A DNA stretch of 64,000 nt from Candidatus Obscuribacteraceae bacterium (GCA_044226015.1 JBGAHS010000002.1:433571-497570), one strand, 5' to 3'; shown: positions 10,510-20,558, counted from the stretch's first letter. Made by a program: numbers and translations. The notes: generated by a model not told the origin, from the letters alone.

Positions 10510-11069
10510 TAGCGAGCACCTCCCGATAGTACTGAATCGGTCGAAAGCGGTTTATCATGCAAAATCGCATCAACATTTGGAAAAGTTTGAGGTGAACCAA
10601 TTTGAACCGGTGGTGGGCTGAAGTAATTAACAACGCTACTTCCGCTGGGCATTAAAACCGAACCTGCCAAAGATGTGTTTAGCAAAGCCGCTCCACGCCT
10701 TGATTCCTGCAGAAAATCCTCTTCAAGTATCCGAGTATAGGAAAAGCGCTGAGAGAATTCCTGACGCACCAGAGGTGATACCACACGCTGTTCAAGCCCA
10801 ACACCCGATATGGGTCCAGAACCAGAAAGCCCAAATCCGCCCGAAGTATTAGAGATTCCGAATTGAGGGCCATTAGGATAGAGTGCGTCAGGAGAGAGCG
10901 CCTCGATACCCATTCCTCTTGGCCAGAAAACTCCCGGACTGGAATTAGGAATTCCAAAATTCATGCCATCTTGAGCCGCGGCAGGCACATTGGAAGCGCA
11001 AGAACAAAGAATGATATATAGCAGTGGAAAGATCTTCAACATCATCTGACAGTAGCCAAACATGCACAA
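10509..11069 (-). CDS. Hypothetical exported protein, translationally coupled to the ABC gene
   Basis: TAATG stop/start overlap at 10507-10511; hydrophobic signal-like N-terminus; Gly/Pro/Ser-rich. Confidence 0.6.
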   Translation of the reverse strand: MCMFGYCQMMLKIFPLLYIILCSCASNVPAAAQDGMNFGIPNSSPGVFWPRGMGIEALSPDALYPNGPQFGISNTSGGFGLSGSGPISGVGLEQRVVSPLVRQEFSQRFSYTRILEEDFLQESRRGAALLNTSLAGSVLMPSGSSVVNYFSPPPVQIGSPQTFPNVDAILHDKPLSTDSVLSGGAR

Positions 11070-11248
11070 GAACAGATATAGAAGAGCGACCCACTCCGCT
11101 ATGTTTTCGGAATAACAAATTGAATCTGTCTTGCTAAAGGCTGACTCAAACTGCGTTTCCGAGAATCATTATACGCGGACTTTGATCTCAAAAATGACAG
11201 AGCAAAACAATTCGCCAAAACTGATAATACTCTAAAGTCAAGCAATCT

Positions 11249-13099
11249 TCATTTCTGAGGAATGAATATATCTTTCAGACTCTCACTGCGCTTAAGAGCC
11301 TCATCATAGGCTTCGGTCTTTGCTTTATACGCTGCACGAAGAGCTTTTGCTTTTGACGCGAGATTCTGACTCTCTAGATACTCAGCCATACTGAGCAATG
11401 CATTTTGTATTCCATCGTGCTTGTACGTGCGATTCAATAATTGCTGCTTTGTTTTATCCAGCACCTTTCGCGCCTCAGCATTCCGCTTGAGCTTGCTTAG
11501 CGCCTTAATGTAGACGATGGCGGCTTTCGTTCCCTCAGGATCTGTTCTGCCAAATACACCCTCATCGAAAATATGCAAAGAGTGGCGCGCATAATTCTCA
11601 GCATCGCTGTATTTTCCAGAAAGATAACACGCTTCGGCGCAAGCCCCCTCCACTCTTGCGAATTGCACGCCTTCGACCTTGTCTCTCTTCAAGCAAGAGC
11701 ATATTTCTTCGAGGCGCACGACCCCCTTTTCTGGCTCATTCATGTCTCGGTATACTCGGGCAATTTGAGATGGAATATTCACCCTCATAACAACCGCCTC
11801 AGGCTGCAGATCTAAAATTGAGTTCAAATACTTCAAAGCTTCTCTTGCCTTAGCTTCAGCTCTACTTTGATCTTTGAGGCTTTCGGAATAGCGAAGATAT
11901 GTCTCCAGAATTTCAGACTGACAAGCAATGAGTGCATTTTTTTCGCTCCTCTGCTTGTAGATAATCTCAGCTCCCTTTAGGAGTAACAGAGACTCCTCAA
12001 ACCGCCCAGCCGACCGATAAAGCACGGCTTCCTTAAATATACTTCCCCAATTACGAACTAAAGCCGGAGGCGCCACACGCACAAGCGTTTCTGCTGGCTT
12101 CGGTTTATTAGAAATACATGTAAAAGCGATTACAAATAATACCAGCAGAAACGCCCCCATCGCCACTATATACGGTAGCTTCAGTTGCACACGGCGGAGA
12201 ATCCGATTATCACCCGAATCCAATGCATCGCGCAAGAGCTGCTTGAATTCAGCAACAGAGGCAGGTCGCGATGAAGGGTCTTTTTCAAGCCCCTGCAAAA
12301 CCACCTCCATTAGCCTAACTGGAATTTGGGCACCAGTATCAGGCCGCGCTGGAAACGTCGCCTTCTGATTCATATGTAGATACATGGTTTCTACTGGTGA
12401 ATTCCCAACAAAAGGCGGTTGCCCGACCAGAGTTTCATACATCACACAGGCTAGTGAATATATATCTGAACTGAAATCACACTTGCCACCACGACATTGC
12501 TCTGGACTCATATACGCCGGTGTACCCACGCCCGTATCTGCCACCGTCAATGTTTTACTGAGGGACGAACCCGCGCCGACACCCTTGCTTAGCCCGAAAT
12601 CCAAAAGCTTAACTACCGTTTTGGAAGGTCCTTCCACAATCATTATGTTCGCCGGTTTAATATCGCGATGCAGCAATTCGTTTTCGTGAGCGAGTTCAAG
12701 CGCACTCAAGATTGGCATGAATATGCTCTCAAAGCGCTCTTTCGTGAGCGTTTTAACATCTTTAATTAGCTGCTCAAGTGTATGACCCGGAAGCAACTCC
12801 ATAGCCAGAAAAGCTTCATCACCTTTTGCACCATACGAATAAACTTGAACAATACTGGGGTGCTTTAGACTAGTGCAAACCCGAGCTTCACGCAAGAAGC
12901 GCTCTTTCGCTAACTCGTCAGACTGAAATTTCATCACCTTCAGCGCAACCTTACGTTGCAGCAGCAACTCTTCAGCTTCGTAAACGATTGAGTTAGCACC
13001 ACGCCCAAGCTCTTTGCCGACGACAAACTTACTTGAAAGCTCCGCGTCTTCAAAGACGTTACTTATGCCAGCTTCAGCTTTGTCGTTCGAGTGGCTCAT
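11249..13099 (-). CDS. Hanks-type Ser/Thr protein kinase with a TM helix and TPR-like domain
   Basis: GRGANSIV, VALK, HRDIKPAN, DFG, GTPAYMSPE; TM segment YIVAMGAFLLVLFVIAF. Confidence 0.93.
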   Translation of the reverse strand: MSHSNDKAEAGISNVFEDAELSSKFVVGKELGRGANSIVYEAEELLLQRKVALKVMKFQSDELAKERFLREARVCTSLKHPSIVQVYSYGAKGDEAFLAMELLPGHTLEQLIKDVKTLTKERFESIFMPILSALELAHENELLHRDIKPANIMIVEGPSKTVVKLLDFGLSKGVGAGSSLSKTLTVADTGVGTPAYMSPEQCRGGKCDFSSDIYSLACVMYETLVGQPPFVGNSPVETMYLHMNQKATFPARPDTGAQIPVRLMEVVLQGLEKDPSSRPASVAEFKQLLRDALDSGDNRILRRVQLKLPYIVAMGAFLLVLFVIAFTCISNKPKPAETLVRVAPPALVRNWGSIFKEAVLYRSAGRFEESLLLLKGAEIIYKQRSEKNALIACQSEILETYLRYSESLKDQSRAEAKAREALKYLNSILDLQPEAVVMRVNIPSQIARVYRDMNEPEKGVVRLEEICSCLKRDKVEGVQFARVEGACAEACYLSGKYSDAENYARHSLHIFDEGVFGRTDPEGTKAAIVYIKALSKLKRNAEARKVLDKTKQQLLNRTYKHDGIQNALLSMAEYLESQNLASKAKALRAAYKAKTEAYDEALKRSESLKDIFIPQK

Positions 13100-13110
13100 C
13101 TGCGTCCAGC

Positions 13111-14187
13111 CTAACGAGCGCCCGCAGATAATGCGCTGCCAGCTACTTCACGGCATTTTTCAACTATTTCGAGCGTTTGAAGAGCTTCCTCAATCGCAAC
13201 AGGAACAGCTGCCTCACCCTTCAGCGCAGAGAGCATTTGCTGGTAGTAAGCCTGATAAGCTCCCGGCAGAGTCTGACAAATCGATTCCACTTTGCTTTGC
13301 GCATCATCATATGTGGTCAACTTTCCCCAAGATGATTCCGGCTCAATCCCCCAAGCTGCATCAAGAGGAGAGCCACCAGCGCGAAGCGCATCTTCCTGCG
13401 GGTCTAATCCACACTTTTCATAAGCCGCCTCCGTGCCCAGAACGCGGAAGCGGGGTCCAAGACTAGACGCAATAGCACTCATCCACAAATGGGCATGAAT
13501 ATTCTCTGCAAAGGTTAAGGCCACAAAACAATCGTCATCTGCATTAACGCCATCGCGACGTGCATTAATCTCGGCATAAATTCGCTCTGGGGCTCCAAAC
13601 AATTGAACAGCTTGATCAATCAAATGACTACCAAGATCAAACAAAATTCCGCCACCGTCTTCGGCACTCAACTGCTCACGCCATGCGCCTTTTCTTGAAA
13701 CAGGACGATAACGTTCAAAGCGCGATTCAAATCGCAATATCTTGCCAAATTTACCTTCCAGGATCAATTTCCTTATCGTCAAAAAATCATTGTCCCAACG
13801 CCTGTTTTGAAACACAGAAAGGCGAACGCCCGTTCGATTCCTGCAATCAATCAGCTGCCGACACTCTGACGCAGTTACCGCCACAGGTTTATCGATGACC
13901 ACAGAAAGCCCCGCTTGCATAAGTGATATCGCCTGCGGTGCATGCTCTTTATTCGGCGTCGCGATAACAGCCAGGTCGAAATCATTTGAGTGCTCAAGCA
14001 ATTCGTTGAAATCTGAAAAAATGCGCGCTTCCGGAAAATCCTTTCTGGCTATGTTCTGCTTTTCCTGAGACCGCGTAACAATTGCTCTAACTTTCAGACC
14101 GGGACAAGCTTTGATCAAAGGAGCGTGGAACACAGCTCCGGCGAGCCCATACCCTACAATCACCACGCCAAATTCGCTTTTGCTCAT
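13111..14187 (-). CDS. Gfo/Idh/MocA oxidoreductase (YdgJ/IolW-like)
   Basis: VGYGLAGAVFHAP, VIDKP, FQNRRWDNDF, GILFDLGSHLIDQA. Confidence 0.9.
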   Translation of the reverse strand: MSKSEFGVVIVGYGLAGAVFHAPLIKACPGLKVRAIVTRSQEKQNIARKDFPEARIFSDFNELLEHSNDFDLAVIATPNKEHAPQAISLMQAGLSVVIDKPVAVTASECRQLIDCRNRTGVRLSVFQNRRWDNDFLTIRKLILEGKFGKILRFESRFERYRPVSRKGAWREQLSAEDGGGILFDLGSHLIDQAVQLFGAPERIYAEINARRDGVNADDDCFVALTFAENIHAHLWMSAIASSLGPRFRVLGTEAAYEKCGLDPQEDALRAGGSPLDAAWGIEPESSWGKLTTYDDAQSKVESICQTLPGAYQAYYQQMLSALKGEAAVPVAIEEALQTLEIVEKCREVAGSALSAGAR

Positions 14188-14326
14188 GCCCCATCCTCTC
14201 TTTTCAATAATTGATTCCCTCGCGCTGCATTTCTTAAGCTTTGGCAGATAACGAGCTAGAATTTGCTCATATTTGTTAGCCTATATATGGGTTCGCCCGA
14301 TTTACGCTGTTGACTGCGAGTGAATT

Positions 14327-15832
14327 ATGTTTGACACATTAACAGACCGCCTTACCGAGACCATGAAAACCTTGAGGGGAGACGCTAAGCTCACCCCTGA
14401 CAATATGGAAGATGCCATCCGCGAAGTGAGAAAGGCATTGCTGGAAGCTGATGTCAGCTTGAAAGTGGTCAAGTTATTTATAAGCAGAGTGCGCCAGAAA
14501 GCGCTGGGGGCTGACGTTATTGAATCAGTCTCGCCAGGTCAACAGTTCGTCAAGGTTGTGTACGATGAGCTTACGGAAATTCTGGGCGGCGAGAATGTCC
14601 CAATAAAACTTGAAGGCGAACCCGCAGTTGTAATGCTGCTGGGGCTTCAAGGATCTGGTAAGACGACAGCCTGCGCAAAACTCGCTCTCAAACTGAGAAA
14701 AGAAGGCGAAAATCCTTTGATGGTTGCCTGTGACGTACAGAGACCAGCAGCTATCAAGCAATTACAAACGCTCGGCAAACAGATTGACATCCCGGTTTTC
14801 ACAATACCTGATTCTCAGGACGTTCTGGATATTGCAAAGAAGTCAGTAGAAGAAGCAAAGGCAAAAGGACTTAGCCCCGTTATTCTTGATACTGCAGGTA
14901 GATTGCAAATCGATACAGACCTGATGGCAGAACTCATGCTTATCGACAGAGCACTCGAACCATCGGAAAAACTTTTGGTCATCGACGCAATGACTGGTCA
15001 AGAATCAGTCAATGTAGCGGAGACATTTAATACTCAAATTGGAATTTCTGGTGTTCTTCTTGCCAAGGCTGATGGTGATGCAAGAGGTGGAGCTGCACTT
15101 TCTGTTAGGGAAGCAGCAGTGCAACCAATCAAATACATAAGCACTGGTGAAAAGCTCGACAACCTCGATGCATTTTTCCCAGACCGTATGGCAAGCCGAA
15201 TTCTTGGCATGGGAGACGTTGTGGCTCTTGTAGAAAGAGCACAGGAAGCCATTGACGAAAAGGAAGCAGAACGCGTCGCAAAGCAGATGATCGCTGGCGA
15301 CTTCACCCTGGAAATGTTCTTGCAATCCCAAAAGATGATGAAAAAGATGGGTTCGCTCGGCGACATCATGAAGATGATGGGTGTGGGTGGAATGCTCGGA
15401 TTGTCATCAGATCAACAAGACATGCTGGCAACTCATGGCGAAAAAATGCTTAATCTCTATGAAACCGCAATCAGCTCCATGACACCGGACGAACGGCTTC
15501 GTCCGGAAACGATCAACATGAGCCGCCGCCGCCGAATTGCAAAGGGAGCGGGACTGAAAGAAAACGAAGTTGGCCAAATGTTGAACGAATTTGAACAAAT
15601 GCGAAAAATGTTTACTCAGTTCCGCAAAATGATGGGTGGCATGCCTATTCCAGGTTTTCCTGGTATGGGTGGTGGTGCGGCGCCAAACTGGGACGAAATC
15701 ATGCGTGGTATGCCGCAAATGCCGCCAGGTGGGGGCATGGGGCAGCCTGGAGCAGGGCAGAAGGTACCCCCGGGCTACCGCCCAGGAGGTGGCGGAAGCA
15801 TATTCCGTAAGAAAAATAAGAAGCGCTTTTGA
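14327..15832 (+). CDS. ffh: Signal recognition particle protein Ffh
   Basis: ALLEADV, GLQGSGKTT, DTAGR, DGDARGGAALS, Met-rich M domain with SRRRRIAKG. Confidence 0.97.
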   Translation: MFDTLTDRLTETMKTLRGDAKLTPDNMEDAIREVRKALLEADVSLKVVKLFISRVRQKALGADVIESVSPGQQFVKVVYDELTEILGGENVPIKLEGEPAVVMLLGLQGSGKTTACAKLALKLRKEGENPLMVACDVQRPAAIKQLQTLGKQIDIPVFTIPDSQDVLDIAKKSVEEAKAKGLSPVILDTAGRLQIDTDLMAELMLIDRALEPSEKLLVIDAMTGQESVNVAETFNTQIGISGVLLAKADGDARGGAALSVREAAVQPIKYISTGEKLDNLDAFFPDRMASRILGMGDVVALVERAQEAIDEKEAERVAKQMIAGDFTLEMFLQSQKMMKKMGSLGDIMKMMGVGGMLGLSSDQQDMLATHGEKMLNLYETAISSMTPDERLRPETINMSRRRRIAKGAGLKENEVGQMLNEFEQMRKMFTQFRKMMGGMPIPGFPGMGGGAAPNWDEIMRGMPQMPPGGGMGQPGAGQKVPPGYRPGGGGSIFRKKNKKRF

Positions 15833-15988
15833 TAAAATAACGAAGTGCAACGAACACCCTCTCGACTCCTTATGTCGAGAAAAGCTCATTGAATTAAGCT
15901 GGAAAAGGGGTTTCAGGCATTTTTCGAATCGGTTCGCGCCAGAAAATGCAAAGGCAAGCTAATAACGCTGCCCCAGCGGCTGTTTCCA

Positions 15989-15997
15989 TGATATAAC
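15989..15997 (+). promoter_or_regulatory. Candidate extended -10 promoter element for rpsP
   Basis: TGATATAAC (TGn-TATAAC) about 40 bp upstream of the rpsP start. Confidence 0.35.
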
Positions 15998-16036
15998 CAA
16001 GATTCTGGAAATCAGGAGGTGCAAGAGGAAGGTACA

Positions 16037-16279
16037 GTGGTTAAAATCAGACTTAAAAGAGTAGGCTCAAAAAAGGCTCCGCACTATCGTGTAGTAGCAA
16101 CCGATAGTCGTAATCGCCGCGATGGCAGCCCCATCGAAGAACTCGGCTTTTACAACCCACGGTCTAAAGAACTCAAACTTAACTTAGAAGCGGTTAAAAC
16201 ATGGATCAACAACGGCGCTCAGCCAAGCGAGACGGTGGCTCATCTTATCAAAAAGGCAGAGGCGGCGGTCGCTTCGTAA
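16037..16279 (+). CDS. rpsP: 30S ribosomal protein S16 (GTG start at 16037; the ORF track starts at 16019)
   Basis: [29 protein letters not shown]...IEELGFYNP...GAQPSETV; follows ffh. Confidence 0.96.
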   Translation: MVKIRLKRVGSKKAPHYRVVATDSRNRRDGSPIEELGFYNPRSKELKLNLEAVKTWINNGAQPSETVAHLIKKAEAAVAS

Positions 16280-16566
16280 GAGGACGTGGACGCGGTCCCA
16301 GAGTCATTAGTGATTCCACGGCCGCTGAAGACCTCGCAGAATATGTCATCACGGTGCTCGCTCGTGACCCTAATGCTGTGCAAATTACACGGCAGCCTGC
16401 TGGTTACGGGCGTTCTAAGCTAACGGTGACTTGTGATCCAGCAGTTACCGGTCGATTAATCGGAAAGAGCGGACGAACCATCACGGCTCTGCGACAGGTA
16501 GTACGAGCCGTAGCAGGACGCTACGGCAAACGCGTGGATATTGACATTCCGTTCACGAATGACTGA
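16201..16566 (+). CDS. khpA: KH-domain RNA-binding protein KhpA (start uncertain)
   Basis: [18 protein letters not shown] (GxxG KH motif); conserved position after rpsP. Confidence 0.85.
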   Translation: MDQQRRSAKRDGGSSYQKGRGGGRFVRGRGRGPRVISDSTAAEDLAEYVITVLARDPNAVQITRQPAGYGRSKLTVTCDPAVTGRLIGKSGRTITALRQVVRAVAGRYGKRVDIDIPFTND

Positions 16567-17188
16567 AGAGCAAACAGAAGAGAAAGGATTAGCCGACCTG
16601 TTGCTTGACAACAAGCTGTTGTCACTTGCGCAAATCGAGCTTGCCATTGCCGATCAGGAAATGAATGACATCCCCTTAGACGAGATCTTGCTCGTCAGAG
16701 GATGGATAACTCTAGAAAAACTGCACGAAATAGCTCCATGGCTTAAGCCCGGCTCTGGTATAAAACCGCCGAATGCCAAGCCTTTCGTCAAACCAACTTC
16801 CAAAACTGGGCAGTTCACTAAACCCAGTTTGACTCCGCCCGCAAAACCGGTCGCCGAGACCGCAGCAAAACCCACGCCAGAGGCTGATAAGCCGACAGTC
16901 GAGCAAGCAGCAAAACCTGCAGCAACAGAATCAAAAGTTAGTTCCGAACCGGTGGATTCCTCTGCGGTGAACAAAGCTTTGAGTAAAGCATCGCAAAGCT
17001 TCCAAAAGCCAGAGTCAAAAGCGGCCGAAGAGGCAAAACCAGTTGCCAAACCTAACGATCTTCCGAAAGAACCGCCGGTTCGACCTGCGGGTGAAGCAGC
17101 TGTAATCACTAGCCCGATTGAATCAGATTCGGTAGCTAATCTCAAAGCTTACAAAGAAGTGCTGAAAAAAATATTGGCAGTTGATTAA
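16559..17188 (+). CDS. Hypothetical protein with a degenerate MshEN-like N-terminus and Pro/Lys/Ala-rich linker
   Basis: ATG at 16559 overlaps the khpA stop. GLADLLLDNKLLSLAQIELAIADQ...LDEILLVRGWIT resembles the tandem MshEN repeat. Confidence 0.65.
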   Translation: MTEEQTEEKGLADLLLDNKLLSLAQIELAIADQEMNDIPLDEILLVRGWITLEKLHEIAPWLKPGSGIKPPNAKPFVKPTSKTGQFTKPSLTPPAKPVAETAAKPTPEADKPTVEQAAKPAATESKVSSEPVDSSAVNKALSKASQSFQKPESKAAEEAKPVAKPNDLPKEPPVRPAGEAAVITSPIESDSVANLKAYKEVLKKILAVD

Positions 17189-17218
17189 TCAGTAAATCCT
17201 CAACAGAATAAGCATATG

Positions 17219-17247
17219 AGCGCCACCAGATATGGGGGCGTTTTTTT
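17219..17247 (+). terminator. Probable intrinsic terminator
   Basis: AGCGCC...GGCGTT stem followed by a T run, between convergent genes. Confidence 0.5.
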
Positions 17248-17345
17248 GATTCTGAAGCGCACTTACATGAAATGCGCTTGCAATCGAAGATTGCAATTGA
17301 AAAAGGCAAACAAACATTCAGTTCCACAAAATGCAAATTTAGAAG

Positions 17346-18143
17346 CTAGTTACTGCTTCTGGAACCAGTCGAACTAGAAGAGGAAATCTGTACTTCCTCT
17401 CGAAGATAGAGAATCTTTTTTCGAACGTAGTCGCTATAAGCAAGGTTCATCTCAAGTCCTAGCGAACCATCCAGGAAACCACGCCTGATGAAATAGCGAT
17501 AGAAAAAAGTCCAGAGAGGATGCAGGTACAAATTAATTGACGAGGTTTTGGAAGAACGAAACCCTTTCTTCATAGCTTCCTTAGCAGCAAGCCTGGCGTA
17601 TTTTTCGTGAGCCATACGAAAGTGCTCAACATCACGGTAGGACATGTGCAAGAGGTGTTCTTTCAAATCTTCTTTCACGCCATCTAACACAATCGATTCA
17701 TGAACAAGTCGATCATTGAATTGTCCTTTTCCACGCTTGAATAAGCGCAACTGTCGGTCAGGATAAAAGCCACCATGAGCAATGGCAACCTCACCCACAT
17801 GCATCAGGCGAGCAATGCGAAATCCATCCACTGAAGATGCTTCTCTAGCAAGCACACTCTTAATCTCAGCAGCTAGAGCTGGAGTAATTATTTCATCTGC
17901 ATCAAGACTCAAAATCCATTCCGAGCTGGCCTGGGAAATCGCGAAATTCTTTTGAGCGGCATAACCAAGCCACTGCTGACTGATCACCTTTGCGTCAAAT
18001 TGTCGGGCAATTTCCATGGTAGCGTCAGTGGATCCCGAATCTACCAGAATGATCTCGTCCACCATGTCTCTTACTGAAGCAAGAACCTTTCCAATAGTTC
18101 TCTCTTCATCTTGCGCTATGAGAACCGCTGAGAGCGTTGGCAC
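17346..18143 (-). CDS. GT2 glycosyltransferase (WaaE/KdtX-like)
   Basis: VDSGSTDAT, GYAAQKNFA, SLDADE, YPDRQLRLF, VHE, GFLDG. Confidence 0.9.
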   Translation of the reverse strand: MPTLSAVLIAQDEERTIGKVLASVRDMVDEIILVDSGSTDATMEIARQFDAKVISQQWLGYAAQKNFAISQASSEWILSLDADEIITPALAAEIKSVLAREASSVDGFRIARLMHVGEVAIAHGGFYPDRQLRLFKRGKGQFNDRLVHESIVLDGVKEDLKEHLLHMSYRDVEHFRMAHEKYARLAAKEAMKKGFRSSKTSSINLYLHPLWTFFYRYFIRRGFLDGSLGLEMNLAYSDYVRKKILYLREEVQISSSSSTGSRSSN

Positions 18144-18147
18144 CTTG

Positions 18148-19368
18148 TTATTTCCGCGTCAAATTTATGCGAGATGATTTGTAATCGATGTCAAATTTGT
18201 AGCCACCGCCCGTGATGAAATCGGCGCCGAAGGTAGGATATTTAGATGTGGATGTTTCTGTTATTTTGCACGTCACACCATTCTGTACACATGGTCCCAT
18301 TTTCATTCTAACAGCGAGAAGCTTAGGTTGCGGGGTTCGGTCTTCATCGGGTACCCAGTTGGCTTCGCCACGTTGAGGACCTTCTCCCGGAGTATGGTGC
18401 TGAGTCTCAGCCTCATCAACTTTCAAGCCGAGCCCTTTCGCCTGCTTGGAGTCGAGAGACAGACCGCTTCCATTTGGGTCAAAAATCATATTAGCACCGC
18501 GACCGTTCACCTCTACTTGAACAATCATATCTTTGCCGTCTTTGCTAAACCCAACAGAAGTAGCACCAGATGCGCCACCACCTTTCTTACGAATATCAAT
18601 GGATTTAGCACTCTCATCAACATTTACACTGAACGTATCTGTAAAACTCGTACCAATCTTAGCTGGCAGACCACCATCATCAATAGTGATGGGGAAATTT
18701 CGACGCGTGATGCCGCCGATTTTCAAATCACATCGAAATTCGATTGCGCCTTTGGGTGGAGAAATCGCAAGTGAACCTAGCTGCTGCCGACTGAAACTGG
18801 TCGCCTCTGTGTTGGGATCAAAAATTGCCCGAGTGCTTCGTCCATTTATGAAGCAATCAACCACCTTATCTCCGCCATTTACACGAAACAAGACTCTGGC
18901 TCCATCACCTTCGACTGTTCCCATGTCTTTAGTGCCAGAGGCAGCAGCGCTAGAACTGGCACCCTGACTTGGAGTTTGAATTCGCCCCGCATCCTTTTTT
19001 GCGGCCTCTGAGCGACGCTTGAAATAGCCTGGGTCTATAACCTTCAGCGCATCCATTGACTGGTTGCAAGCCTGTGTTCCTGGAAAACGTTCTACACACT
19101 GCCCATACTTATCGATAGCATTCTTAAAGTCGCCCTTGTAATGGTACGCCAGAGCGCAATAGTAGAAAGCATTGCTTTCCCAGGGCGCAGCTTTAATTGA
19201 TTGCTCAAAATAGGCTGCGGCGTCAGCATACTTTCTGCCCTGAAAAGCCTTCAATCCAGCGTCGTAATACTGGTCAGCCTGGGCAGGAAGCCCAAAGCAA
19301 AGCAGCGAAGCAAAAACACTCAACGACACAGAAAACAAAACTGGAACACATTCTCTCTGGAAGAGCAT
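18148..19368 (-). CDS. Exported TPR protein with two retropepsin-like domains that have degenerate catalytic motifs
   Basis: Signal peptide and TPRs, then INGRSTRAIFDPN and VNGRGANMIFDPN, each followed by IG/FG-x-x-F motifs. Confidence 0.7.
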   Translation of the reverse strand: MLFQRECVPVLFSVSLSVFASLLCFGLPAQADQYYDAGLKAFQGRKYADAAAYFEQSIKAAPWESNAFYYCALAYHYKGDFKNAIDKYGQCVERFPGTQACNQSMDALKVIDPGYFKRRSEAAKKDAGRIQTPSQGASSSAAASGTKDMGTVEGDGARVLFRVNGGDKVVDCFINGRSTRAIFDPNTEATSFSRQQLGSLAISPPKGAIEFRCDLKIGGITRRNFPITIDDGGLPAKIGTSFTDTFSVNVDESAKSIDIRKKGGGASGATSVGFSKDGKDMIVQVEVNGRGANMIFDPNGSGLSLDSKQAKGLGLKVDEAETQHHTPGEGPQRGEANWVPDEDRTPQPKLLAVRMKMGPCVQNGVTCKITETSTSKYPTFGADFITGGGYKFDIDYKSSRINLTRK

Positions 19369-19421
19369 TCGATAAACCTCTTGTTTTACAAAAGCTTTTT
19401 ACAGCTTAGCTCAAAATCTAA

Positions 19422-20558
19422 CTAGATCGCCAATTCCTGAACTAATTGAAGCTTCTGTCCTTCTGATGTACCCAAACAAATTTCCATTGCTTTAGCATCG
19501 CGATAGAATTTCTCGACCGGGCAATCTTCCATGAGACCAGCAGCGCCAAGAACTTGCATTGCTTCGCCTGAATGCTGGCGAGCTACTCGAGCTGCATACC
19601 ACTTACACATTGCAGCATATTTTGGGAAACTCTTTGGTTCAGATTCAAGCGACCATGAGGCTCTAGCCACATGCAACCTGGCGGCTTCGCCCTCTGTATA
19701 CATGTCAGCCAATTTCCACTGAATTCCCTGATACTGACCTATGGTCTTTCCGAATTGTTCTCGGCTGCGAGCATGCTCCACCGCTTTGTTCATTGCACCA
19801 AAAGTCAACCCAACTGCTGCAGCTGCCAGTACCGTTTTTGCCACATCCAAAGCGAAAGCAGCAATGAGCCCAGCTTTTTCACCGCTCAAGCGATTTGCCG
19901 ATTCGAATTTGCTGCCCTTAAAATCAACTGTGTTTACATAAGCAGACTGAAGCCCCATCATCTTGCTTCCGTCTTTTGAGCAAGCCTGAGATTCCTGGCT
20001 GCAGTCCAGCAGAGAAACTGCCAACGGATCAGCTTCCCCTTCGATATTCTTGGATAGAACCAGAGCAAGTCCAGACAATTGTCCATTAACTACCCAGAGT
20101 TTTTTCCCATCAAGAACAAAACTATCGCCCTCTTTCTTTAACGTGGCAGCAACAGCCTGGTAGTCTGTACCTGCGTTTTCTTCGCTAAACGCCAGAGTTC
20201 CAAGCACTTCGCCCCGAGCCAGCAGGGGAAGGAAACGAGATTTTTGAGTATCACTGCCGTATTTTTTGATTGTCTCAATCACGGCATAGTGAACTGCAAG
20301 ACTGAGCCCCAGACCAGGCTCCTCATGCGAGACAGCCTCAACAAACAGAGCGCAGAATGTGAATGGATTACCATGCCCGCCATATTCTTTAGGTACAGAG
20401 ATTCCCAAATAGCCTTTCTGCCCTAACATTTGCATGAACTCTTTCAGGCAAGCGCTTCTCGAATCAATATCTTTTGCAACAGGCGCAAGAGATTCTTTTG
20501 TGAACGCAATGTAGTTTTCTTTTATCGCTTCCTGAGCAGGACTTAAGAAGGTATTCAC
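19422..20558 (-). CDS. Acyl-CoA dehydrogenase
   Basis: VPKEYGG, AFSEENAGTD, GKKLWVVNG, REQFGKTI, QWKLADM, YRDAK. Confidence 0.92.
   Translation of the reverse strand: MNTFLSPAQEAIKENYIAFTKESLAPVAKDIDSRSACLKEFMQMLGQKGYLGISVPKEYGGHGNPFTFCALFVEAVSHEEPGLGLSLAVHYAVIETIKKYGSDTQKSRFLPLLARGEVLGTLAFSEENAGTDYQAVAATLKKEGDSFVLDGKKLWVVNGQLSGLALVLSKNIEGEADPLAVSLLDCSQESQACSKDGSKMMGLQSAYVNTVDFKGSKFESANRLSGEKAGLIAAFALDVAKTVLAAAAVGLTFGAMNKAVEHARSREQFGKTIGQYQGIQWKLADMYTEGEAARLHVARASWSLESEPKSFPKYAAMCKWYAARVARQHSGEAMQVLGAAGLMEDCPVEKFYRDAKAMEICLGTSEGQKLQLVQELAI

Noticed and set aside
14190..16030. SRP RNA near ffh
   Set aside because: No domain IV motif (CAGG...GGAA...AGCAG) was seen in the flanking spacers.
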